From contig QPGO01000327.1 of NCBI GenBank assembly GCA_008632985.1, positions 1 through 54,166 on the forward strand: DNA of 54,166 bases, given 5' to 3'. Below the pieces are notes generated by a model. It ran no database searches. It worked only from the letters and a program-made list of their open reading frames with translations, and was not told where the DNA came from. Shown piece by piece: positions 11,450 to 21,582 of this stretch (position 1 is its first letter; each line of letters starts with the position of its first letter). Source of the DNA: Psammoneis japonica (lineage: Eukaryota). The position numbers were made by a program, and so were the translations under genes.

Positions 11450-14400
11450 TATCTTGAATCTACGCAACCATTTCAATGACACCGTGTAAATGGGGCTTCT
11501 AGTTGAGAGGAAAATGGGGTTTGCCATTCCTTGACAGCGGGGGAAAAAAGAACAACGTGTGTGTTCACCTCCACATGTCACCACATTGTGCCTTTTCTGA
11601 AACTGAAGTCGTCCGCAATGGGGCACTCGCCCCATCTCGTACACATGTTTCGAAAGATGACAATTGGAGACTAACAAATGTGGTGCCCAGCAAAGGCTCT
11701 ACAAAATTTCGCACCGCCGTTGCAGTTTTATGACGCACACAGCACATCATTGTTTCCGACAACCTTGCCGGTGCGTTGTTTTAATTCTGGTGGACACTGT
11801 CTGACGCTCCATGTGATCACAGTGGAAATGGTGCCGTTTGAGTTGAGGAATGAAATGAAGTTAGTTGGCCTGGGTTCCACAGTTTTCCCTGAGACTAAAA
11901 GGTGCTTCGTAAGAGGTGTGCTCGTTTTGGTCATCCTTCTTTGACGTTGCGTCTGTTGCGGATGCCAGCAAATCGAGAGGCGTCTCTGGTTGCATCTCCC
12001 GACTGTTCCACCATCGATTGGATCCCCTTGGCGCAAAAGTGAAGACCTCCAGTCTGCTGTGAACAAATCTCGGAGTCTTGCCTTGTGCAGCTCTGCCGGG
12101 GCCAAATGGATCTTGAGCCAACAGCGCAATGACCTCTGGCTGTCGCGTCAAGAGTTTCTCCATTCTGGCGGTTCGCCACCTCGCCTTGCATGCAATGGCA
12201 AAAACCAGACTCTCCAATCTGATCTTGGAAGATGGAGAGGCAACACTCTCCCACACTCGTTTGGTCCCTTGTTCAGTTTGCATTTCCAAATGCACTGATG
12301 CCAAGTCACCCCGTCCCGACTCCCCTCAAGGATTGGCTCCCACCTGAAGTCATGCATGCATGCTTGCAAACTTTCCTTGGCAGCTGCAAAGCCGCAAGCT
12401 TTGCTGCCGTCTGCAGAGCAGATGGATTCTGGTTGACAGAGTCTTGATTTGATCTTGGAGCGGCAATGCTCTCAGAGGCCAAGCTTCTGCAAAGTTGTTC
12501 ATTGAGAACTTGCCATGGCCAGCTCGGCTCAATGTCGGAATCAAGGAAACGGCCAAACATGTCATCACCATTGAAGCCACAAGCACCCTGAAACCAATCA
12601 GCAGCGCATCTGGCAAAATGATTCATTTTACAAGGCTGTGTCTTTTGTGAGTTGCAGTTTTTGTCACTGCCCCAAATGAACATGCAGGCATTTTTGTCAC
12701 GATCATGTCCTTGTCGTTGATTGGAAAAAGAAGAGCCCTGAGAACATTTGGCATTCTCCCCTTGTTTTGATTGTCATTTCCTGCTCTCTCAGCAAATGCT
12801 GGGTTCTGCATTGAAATGTTTTGCACTTGTGTGACAGCAAAAAAAGAAGTCATCAATGGGACTTGTGCTTCAATTGTGGTGTCAAAGGCAACCTCAAGAA
12901 GATGGGTCTGGGCAAGAGTGGGGGGCAGGTGTCAAGAAGCTTTCATTTGACATGAGATCTCATCCTGCTTGCCTGCATCCAAGAAAAATGTGACACAACA
13001 CCAAAAATTTTGCGAGACAACTGTCATGATGGCGTTGGCGGTGATGAAGATTCACATTGTCCCTTGTGTGCAGCAACCACTCAAGATGTTGAGCTCACCC
13101 AGATCTGGGTGCGTCATGCTGCAGTCATTTGAGGGAAGCCAGCAATTGTTTGCACTGAGCTTGAGCTCTGCAGAGAAGTCTTTCATTTGTTTCATGATGC
13201 TGGCATTTGTGTGGCGGTGCATCGTGCAGTGCACGCACAGCCAGATGACATGTCAGGAGCCCAAGGTGCACTTGGACCAATGCTGTGCATGTGCTCCACC
13301 TCCTGCATTCACCCCAGCATTGGCAGCACCTGAAGCCACAAGAAACACAATTTCCTTTGTCATCAACAAGGATTTTGTCCCTTCCATGTCAACTCACAAT
13401 GCTTGGCTGCTCTTTTCTCACCTGCAGGATTCGAGAAATGCTTGGGTCAAATTTCAATGTGCCGCTGGGCTGCCATTTGGCAACTCTTTCAAAACAATTT
13501 TTGCCATGACAAGCAAGCTGGGTCAGAGTTCCAACATGTGTTTCAAGCAAGCATGTTGCATCAAAGGACCTGACCAAACTTGCAGTTGCTCCCATGCTGG
13601 AAATTTCCACGTGTGTGCCAGTGTGGGGGTTGCAAGAAGACAACACCAGCTTGTTGTTGCACCAGCTGCACAAACACCATCCTTGCAAGCATGCAGGCTG
13701 TGCTTTGGATGTTCGTTCTTGCATGGTTTTTGACCATGTTGCAACCAATTGTGAGCAGGCATTTGCCTTGATCCTTGATGCAAATGAGCCCCACATCAAG
13801 TGGCAGAATCCTTTGCAGGCCTCAAATCAACACAAAGAGTTGCAAAAAGAGCAAGGACAAAAAACCCGCTGGATGCCTGGCCCAAACACCTTCTCCAAAG
13901 AAGGCCTCAATTGTTGCAAAGCCCCCACCCTGAACATGAGACCATGTCAACATGCCCTTCTTCTTGCAAGTTCCCATTTGCAAGGCAGAGGCAGTGCCCA
14001 AAGAACTGCAATGCATTGCAGTTTTCTGGGCAATCAAAGCAGGTCTAGAGTGGGCATCATCACTGGGATTGTTTGGCTGGCATGGGCTCAAGTTGAAACA
14101 CTGCACTCCCACTGCACATCACCAGTTTCCCATGTGTTTTACATGCAGAACAGTGAGGGTCCTCTTGCAGCAAACAGCACTTCAAATCTGGCATCTCTGA
14201 ATGCTCCAGGCACTGGGCCATCAAAAAAGTGCTGCCCCCTGGCTGTCAACCTTGTCTGGGTCTTGATGCAAATGCCAAAGCAAACTTGCAAACAACCCAT
14301 CAACCACTGTCTGTCCCATCAATCTGATTTGCTTGGGGTGTCATTGATTTGCTCAGAATGGCTCACACCAAGGCATGCTCCATTTGTGAGTCAGCAAGTG

Positions 14401-15270
14401 ACCCACCCCTTGACCATTGGAAGAGAAGATCTGTGACATCACCCTTGCCAAAAGCCATGAAAAAGAGCATGCATTTAGAGACCAGGTGTCTTGTGTGCAG
14501 ATTCAAGGAAGCTTCATTTTGATTTCACAAGTGGCTGAAAAGTTTTTTGTGCAAGTGAGTGGGTGTGTCAGTCACTGACAATTTCCAGCACAGAAATGCA
14601 CACAGGGAATGTGACAAGTCTGGGTGTTTGGCAGGACCTTGTTTCCTTGAATTTACATGAACAGAGCAACATTGGTCAATTTGAGACACTTCAGCATGAA
14701 GTGAACATTGAAGCAGCAACCAACCAAAGCTCAAAAACAATGGCAAATGTTTTGTTTGCTCTGTTGTCTGCAGAAACAGAGATGAAATGATGCACAATGT
14801 GTTTCTTGCTCCACTCCACAGACAAGCATTTGTGAAATTTTGCTGGACTGGGGTTTGCCGTTCAGCCATCTTTTGCATGTGAGCGCAGCTGTCACATGCC
14901 ATGATCGTCACGCCCAAAACAACCCCTGCAGTTCAGCATTCACACTTTTGCCTCTGAGCACTTCTTGACATTTACCCATGATGTGCTGATTGCTTGCATG
15001 TGCACAAACTGCCTGCACCTCAGAGCAGCATCATGACTTCACCGCTGGCTGGGCAGCTTTTCTGTGCGCACCGTCTCTCGCTGGTGGTGCACTCGCCATG
15101 CTGGAAACTTTTCAGCACTGACACATCAGAGCAGCCAGAGCCACGTTCTCTGCTCCACTCTGCTGGAGAGGGCTGTGTCTGTTGTCAGTCCTCCAGGGCT
15201 TTTTATCCTTTGTGGCAGAGGAAAAGCACGAGCTTGGCGCTTGGCACATTTTGTGTGCACTCGGATCTCA
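11450..15270. repeat. CpG/TpA-depleted island, containing fragments that look like a decayed minus-strand coding sequence
   Basis: Same dinucleotide signature, strongest at about 12300-15250. Protein-like minus-strand fragments (11861-12304, 12306-12683, 12623-12856) are broken by stops and shifts. Family not recognised. Confidence 0.65.
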
Positions 15271-15492
15271 CTTTCGCGCGAGCGCCGCGGTGTCGCGCGA
15301 CTCGAAGATCTGCCGCTCTGCCCTCTCGCCCGCCTCGTCTCTCGCGTGTCGACGATGAACGATGACCGTTAAAGATCGCAATCGACAACAACATTACAGG
15401 AGACGAAGCGTTCTCAACATTCAGCAGACAACTGTATTCATTCTGTATCGTATCTCTACCGCACTTCTATCCTGAAGTAATCGTTCCACACA

Positions 15493-16161
15493 ATGCGTTT
15501 CTGGACCGGACAAACACTCTTTGCATCATGCTTGTTATTGTTGCTGATGCTTGATTCGGCTCGCAGTAGCGAGGTTGTCGTGTTGACGGACGCCAACTTT
15601 GAGCACTTGACGCAAGCATCGACTGGTCAGACTACCGGCAAGTGGTTTGTCAAGTTCTTTGCACCCTGGTGCGGACATTGCAAACGCATGAGTGAAACGT
15701 GGAAAGAACTGGCTGCCGACATGGAAGCGAACCATTCGGACGATGGTATTGTCATTGCCGATCTGGACGGCACGGAAAACCGAGAAACCAATGAACGATT
15801 CGGAGTCCGGGGTTTCCCCACGTTGCTCTTTTTTGCGTCCGGCAAGGTGTACAAGTATCAGGGCGATCGGTCGTTGCAACACATGAAAGACTTTTGTCTA
15901 GGGGAATATGCTAAGGCTGAGGCTTCCGACATTGCTCCGCCGCCTAGTTGGATCGAAAAGCAGCGCAAAAAGTGGAAGAAGTTTTACAACCAACAAAAGC
16001 TGTTAACTGACTTGTCGGCTGATTTTGAACATATTATGAGGTTGAGGAAGAATGCGGCAGCCGTTTTGGTTGGCATAGGATTCGTAGCGGGTACTCTTGT
16101 GACTGTGATCATTAGCATTTTGTTTGGCCCCAAGACGGAGAAGAAGACTAAAGCGGACTAA
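15493..16161 (+). CDS. Membrane-anchored ER thioredoxin/PDI-family protein (TMX-like)
   Basis: Signal peptide, WFVKFFAPWCGHCK active site, VRGFPTL cis-Pro loop, C-terminal TM helix (AAAVLVGIGFVAGTLVTVIISILF) and KTKAD dilysine ER-retrieval tail. Confidence 0.93.
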   Translation: MRFWTGQTLFASCLLLLLMLDSARSSEVVVLTDANFEHLTQASTGQTTGKWFVKFFAPWCGHCKRMSETWKELAADMEANHSDDGIVIADLDGTENRETNERFGVRGFPTLLFFASGKVYKYQGDRSLQHMKDFCLGEYAKAEASDIAPPPSWIEKQRKKWKKFYNQQKLLTDLSADFEHIMRLRKNAAAVLVGIGFVAGTLVTVIISILFGPKTEKKTKAD

Positions 16162-16712
16162 ATAAATGAAACAGCGATAAGACATCTCAGTACCAACCTA
16201 GAAATTGTTCAGGTTAGTAGAGAGTGTGCATTGAGTATACAGCTTTCTCCCCAAACTGTACTGTGTATTCAGTGTGTCAAACACACGAAAACAATAGCGG
16301 CGATGTAGAGCAATCCTAATTCTGTGCAATACCCCTCCCAGAAAAGGATGAAACGATTAGATTAGTCTGTAATGCAATTCTGAAGCCGTCCAAACTCCAC
16401 GAAAATCTCCGCAACCATGCATCTGCTGTTAGTTATTAGTGGTTAGCTCTACTCTACTAGCTCTAGTAGCTTCTAGCCCTACTACTACTTAGTTGTACCG
16501 TAGTAGGCCCTAGTAGTCCAAAGTTTGAGCGGGATCTCCGGGTGCCCGCATCTGGTTGAGATTCGGATCGTGACGTCATCAGCGCGATCTTTCCGCGATC
16601 GAAAAAATTCTGCGAAAAATGACCGGACCATGACGACGCACAAAGTCTTCTGAATGGGCTTCGGTTCCGACTTTTTGTACAGTGTGCTATCAACGACAAT
16701 CGCTACAGCACC

Positions 16713-18293
16713 ATGGTTCCAAACCCGACGCATCGACTCGTACCCTCAGGTTCTGATCCATACGCGTATCCGTATTTTCATTCGAACGGAACAGCACCTC
16801 TTCTTTTTGAACTAGTAGACCGGTTTGTTGCAGACACAAAAGGCCAAAGACTTCGTCTACTCAAGCGCATTCAATCTAGATGCATTGTGAAGCCTGCAGA
16901 AATTTCCTGGAGGGACAGTTGCGGCGAAACCGCTTTGCATCGTTTGTGCCAGAAAACGTCCAATTTGCAAGACGAAGATGCCGTGCACATGCTTTTGCAC
17001 GTGGCTCGAGCCTTTGTTGTTGCATGCCCACAAGCCATTACGTTTCAAAACAATTGGAAAGAGACGCCCTTGCATCTCTTCGCGACTCATTGTTTCATGA
17101 CGGTTGCCTGTTGTAATGACGGTCAGCAACAAGAACGCCTTCTCGGACACGTGGTGGACCTTGTTCGGTTGCTTCTTAACGAACACGTTGCAGCTTGCCC
17201 AAACTACATGGGGTCGTTGCCGCTCCATACAGCGTGTGTGCTTGCGGAAGCTGTCAAAAAGAAAAATGGCCAAGTCGTGAACCATAATGATGACTGGGCC
17301 GTTGTGCTCCATACGGCAATCATAAGGCACCTTGTGAAACTGAATCCAGACGCGTTGTACGTTGCCGATCGCTCGGGAATGACACCCCTGCATCACGCTG
17401 CTTTCTCCGAGACCTGCAGTCCTCAGGTAGTTCAGGTGTTGCTGGACCAGATATTGTCACAAAATACAAACGATCGGCAAATGAATATAGAATCAAGAAC
17501 AGAGTTATGCAAAGGTGCTTTGGCGAGACTTAGGAGGCTCTATTTTGAATCTGGCGGCCCCGGGAAAACTCCTATCGATTACATTGAACGCGCTTTGAGA
17601 AGCAGCCTGGAAGGTATTCCAAGCGAAAGGATGCAACGGTGCATACGCAACTTTGATGCTTTGTGGACGAAAACTGTTCTCTTGATCCAAACCGGTGGCA
17701 CGCTGATGCTATCTACCAAACCTGCCCAACAAGAACCGAAACTTGTTCATTCTAGCATGATGCTGAGCGCTTCACTTGCAGTCGTTTTGGCGACAGTTTC
17801 ACTGAATCAGCCTGAGTTGCTTCAAGCAGACGGAATTACCAACAAGACACCCTTGATCATGGCACTGTTGAACACACCCGTGGTTGACTCTGAAGCCATC
17901 CGACGTGACCTCGAATATGATCACTTGAAGAGGCCATTTGATGCTTGTTATTGCAACGGGGATTGGATCCAAAGACCCCACATGGTTGATTCGATTTCTC
18001 AACGCATTTTGTTGAGTCATTTGATTGCTACCGAGCCTCGAGCTGCTCGCGTGGTGGATGGCAACGGTCGATTGCCTTTGCATTACGCCGCCGAAAATGG
18101 TGTCGGTTGGCAGAATGGCTTGGAAATACTGTTTGAAGCAGAGCCACGCGCTGTTGCTGCTCGAGATCCGGTGACACACCTATACCCGTTTTGTTTGGCG
18201 GCAACCGCAAGCAGAAACGAACCGGACGCTTCTCAAGTGTCCGACATTTATGAGTTGCTCAGAGTTGACCCTTGTGTGTTGAAGTTTTCATGA
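16713..18293 (+). CDS. Ankyrin-repeat protein
   Basis: 526-aa ORF with repeated GETALHRL, KETPLHLF, GSLPLHTA, GMTPLHHA and GRLPLHYA motifs, and a C-terminal RDPVTHLYPFCLAA...IYELLRVDP segment. Confidence 0.85.
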   Translation: MVPNPTHRLVPSGSDPYAYPYFHSNGTAPLLFELVDRFVADTKGQRLRLLKRIQSRCIVKPAEISWRDSCGETALHRLCQKTSNLQDEDAVHMLLHVARAFVVACPQAITFQNNWKETPLHLFATHCFMTVACCNDGQQQERLLGHVVDLVRLLLNEHVAACPNYMGSLPLHTACVLAEAVKKKNGQVVNHNDDWAVVLHTAIIRHLVKLNPDALYVADRSGMTPLHHAAFSETCSPQVVQVLLDQILSQNTNDRQMNIESRTELCKGALARLRRLYFESGGPGKTPIDYIERALRSSLEGIPSERMQRCIRNFDALWTKTVLLIQTGGTLMLSTKPAQQEPKLVHSSMMLSASLAVVLATVSLNQPELLQADGITNKTPLIMALLNTPVVDSEAIRRDLEYDHLKRPFDACYCNGDWIQRPHMVDSISQRILLSHLIATEPRAARVVDGNGRLPLHYAAENGVGWQNGLEILFEAEPRAVAARDPVTHLYPFCLAATASRNEPDASQVSDIYELLRVDPCVLKFS

Positions 18294-18581
18294 GCTTCAA
18301 ACCTGTGGGCTCCTTGACCATGCCACGGATCTGTTCCGAGTAGCAAAGCATTGTTTTGCAAAGGTCCTGTAGTGCTTCTAACTGCTGCCATACTCTTGCT
18401 TGCTTCCAGGTGGTATCAGGTTATGACGATATGTTCATGCGCGTGCTCGCTCTTTTTGAGTCGTGGGGTGACGGGACTGAGATGATGCGTGCACGTCTCA
18501 GCCGCCGAGCACAACTCGAGGAAAGCCACAGCTTGCGAGGCTCACAAAAAAACACATTGTCGTTGCAACCAAAGAAGAACA

Positions 18582-19968
18582 ATGAACACCTACAAAATAA
18601 AGCAACGTGAGACCAACAAGCAGATCGAGCTGCTGCGATTGAAGAATCAATTAAAAGAACTGGAATCAGCCGTCGGAAAGGGAACATCGATGATTTCGCT
18701 ACTCATCCCGCCCGGCAACGCCCAGCTCATTCGTGCCACCAAGTTGCTCAATGACGAGTTGCGAGTGGCCACCAACATCAAATCTCGGGTTTAACAGGCA
18801 ATCTGTCCAGAGTGCAATCAAGTCGGCTCAGCAGCGACTCAAGCTCTACAACAACAGGTGCCCCGCAAATGGCCTAGTCGTCTTTTGTGGTCTTGCCGAG
18901 GTACAAGACAGCCGAAAGGAAAGGATGATAACGGTTGACCTTGAGCCACCTCTACCAGTCAAATTTTTTCTTTATCGCTGTGACAGTCGTTTCCATACAG
19001 ATCAACTAACTTCATTGTGCGTGGAGGAAGGTGAAGAGCCATACGGTTTTATTATCGTGGATGGTAACGGGGCGCTATTTGGTTTGCTACAAGGGTCGAG
19101 AAGAAGAGTTTTGCACAAGTTTTCAGTTGATCTTCCCAACAAGACTCGTCGCGGAGGTCAATCGGCTTTGCGTTTTGATCGGATCCGTGTAGAAAAGCGA
19201 AACATGTACCTACGCAAGGTCGCCGAGTTGGCCATGAATTCTTTTCTTTCCCACGGTGACAAGCCCAATGTGGCCGGTCTTGTCCTTGCTGGAAAAGCAG
19301 GCTGTAAAGACGACCTTGTCCAGAGTAGCCACTTTAAGCGTCTCCGCGCACATGTTGTGGCTTGTTTGGACGTGTCGTTTGGAGGAGAACGTGGATTTGA
19401 CCAGGCAATCGACAAAAGTGCTGAAACGATCGGATGCGTCACGCTGGTTCGCGAAAAGCGTCTGTTGGAGAACTTTTTTGAACACGTCGAGCGCGATACA
19501 GGAAAGTATTGTTACTCCATAAAGGAAACCTTGCATGCTTTAGAAATGGGAGCCGTGAAAGATTTGATTGTATGGGATGGTCTCGATGCGACCCGCTGCG
19601 AGATGCAAAACAAAGAAACAGGGGAGAATGTGGTTTCCTTTTTCTCCAAGGAGCAGGAGGAAACAAACATCTTCGCTTCATTTATAGTTACCAAGACGGA
19701 ACCACTCCTGGATTGGATTGTCGACCATTACAGCAGTTTCGGTTGCAACATGGAGTTCGTGTCAGACAGAAGCGGAGTCGGAAAACAGTTTGCCGCAGGA
19801 TTCGGCGGAATTGGTGGCATGATGAGGTGGCGAGTAGATTTTGAGTCATTGAACACTGGTAGCGATAAGGAGGAGTCCGAATCTGAACGAGAGAGCTCAT
19901 GCGATACGGAGGAGAAGGGCAAGGATGACTACCGGTATGATTTTGAGGACGGAGATTTCGCGTTGTAA
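18582..19968 (+). CDS. ERF1: Divergent eukaryotic peptide chain release factor 1, split by a +1 frameshift with an in-frame TAA at 18792-18794
   Basis: First frame (70 aa) holds GTSMISL and TNIKSRV, then a stop. The +1 frame continues NRQSVQSAIKSAQQRLKLY, NGLVVFCG, YRCDSRF, GGQSALRF, ALEMGAV and QFAAGFGGIGGMMRW, collinear with eRF1. Confidence 0.92.
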
Positions 19969-20414
19969 ATCCGATAATATTGTAGGGTGAACTCCTAAAG
20001 AAGATCGATGAAAGTGCAGTCTAGCGTATTTGCCATAACAACTCAACTGTTCTATCTTCCGCTCCCACAAGTAAATGAGAAAGGAGATCAGAACAATTGA
20101 TCCTTACCGCTAACTGTTGTACCTACAAGAAGCGAGAGCAAAAATCATGAGCCAAAGCGCGAAAAACAACCCGTTTTCGACATTTTTTGTAATTCGTTGA
20201 AATATTCGAACTAATTTTTAAAAATATTGCTAAAATTAGATTTTTTAGAATCTCGCTCTCGCGCCATCCTCGCAATCCGCCAATCGCCAACATCGGTATG
20301 AACACCCAACACATCACCGCAGATAATAGCCTTCTGCTTTTGTTAGGACTACTCGATCTCAAAGTTTGAGTCTCCTTTTCTGTCATTGCCGTGACTTGAA
20401 GTCTATTGAACACA

Positions 20415-21359
20415 ATGGAACGCCGTCCCAAACGCAAGGCTGCCGAAGCGGCATTGACGGCGATGAAACAAGTACGAATGCTCGAGGACGCGCCCGACGA
20501 GGACGAATATGATTCACAGAATCTTCTCGAGAACGCTGTGGCCGCTTCCACCCCGTGCTTTGTATTCGAAACGGCTACACTCCCCCATGAGCTTGGATTG
20601 CTTGTGTTTGATTTTCTACCAAAACGGGAGCTTGTCCATGGCGCGTCTATGGTGTGCAATTCTTGGCTCGCGGCCTCGCGGAATCCGAGTCTGTGGCTTG
20701 CACTGGAAGCAGATATCTGGAGAAAAACAAGCGTTGAACGTCGTTTCTCCATGAAGAGTTTTATTACCTTTCTCCATCGTCCACAATTTGCGTTGCTCCA
20801 AAAGTTGGTGCCTCCGGATCTCTACAGAACCCTGCTTCGCAACGTTTTTGATCGTATTGCCGCGGCAATCGGTGAGCATTTGGAAGAGTTTGATCTCTCG
20901 GGATCGACGTCGATTTATTCTTTAGCGCTAGTTCCTTTTGACGAAGAACTCCTTCGAATCCCTACTCTGTTTCCAAAGCTCAAAAAGGTGTCGATCTGTT
21001 TGAGAAGTGTGCGTGAAGAGACCCTGGTGCAGTTCATTCAAGTCATGGGGGATCGCCTCGAGAGTCTCGAAATTGTGGTGAAGGACAGTGAAGCTCATTT
21101 CTGCACGGACGCAACTCTCAAGGCGCTAGCTCAAAACTGCCCCAACTTGGAGTGTGTTCGATACAAGTACCCACGAAATGCAGACTTTACACTGGGAAGC
21201 TCCTTTACGTTTCAAGCCATGGTTGGTGTACTTGAGAGTTGCCAGAAGTTACGGATCTTTGAAGTTTGCACACGTACGGATGTTGCGGCAAACGTGTTTG
21301 AATTTCTACGCCCTCGCAACTTTCTCAATCTCGACCGAGTGACTCTCTCGCATTACTAA
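20415..21359 (+). CDS. F-box protein with leucine-rich repeats
   Basis: F-box-like LPHELGLLVFDFLPKRELVHGASMVCNSW...PSLW; LRR-like TDATLKALAQNCPNLE and LESCQKLRIF; basic N-terminus RRPKRK. Confidence 0.8.
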   Translation: MERRPKRKAAEAALTAMKQVRMLEDAPDEDEYDSQNLLENAVAASTPCFVFETATLPHELGLLVFDFLPKRELVHGASMVCNSWLAASRNPSLWLALEADIWRKTSVERRFSMKSFITFLHRPQFALLQKLVPPDLYRTLLRNVFDRIAAAIGEHLEEFDLSGSTSIYSLALVPFDEELLRIPTLFPKLKKVSICLRSVREETLVQFIQVMGDRLESLEIVVKDSEAHFCTDATLKALAQNCPNLECVRYKYPRNADFTLGSSFTFQAMVGVLESCQKLRIFEVCTRTDVAANVFEFLRPRNFLNLDRVTLSHY

Positions 21360-21582
21360 TTTCACATTGAATAAGGTACTAGTACTTAGTAGTAGTGGCG
21401 CATCCAGTCACGCAGCGAATGGTGACTAGAGTATCGTGGTAGAGTCAAACAACATGCTCTACCCAATGAGAATATATCATCTTCCATGGATAACTAGCTA
21501 GGCCTAGCTACATTATTGAATAGAAAGTTTCAAAAACTACCCTCACAGCGTTACAATTGTCTTTTTCTACAATGCTACTTCT

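Noticed and set aside
18789..18797. Micro-intron GTTTAACAG explaining the eRF1 break
   Set aside because: Nine nt is far too short to splice, would not change the frame, and would delete the conserved VNR residues.
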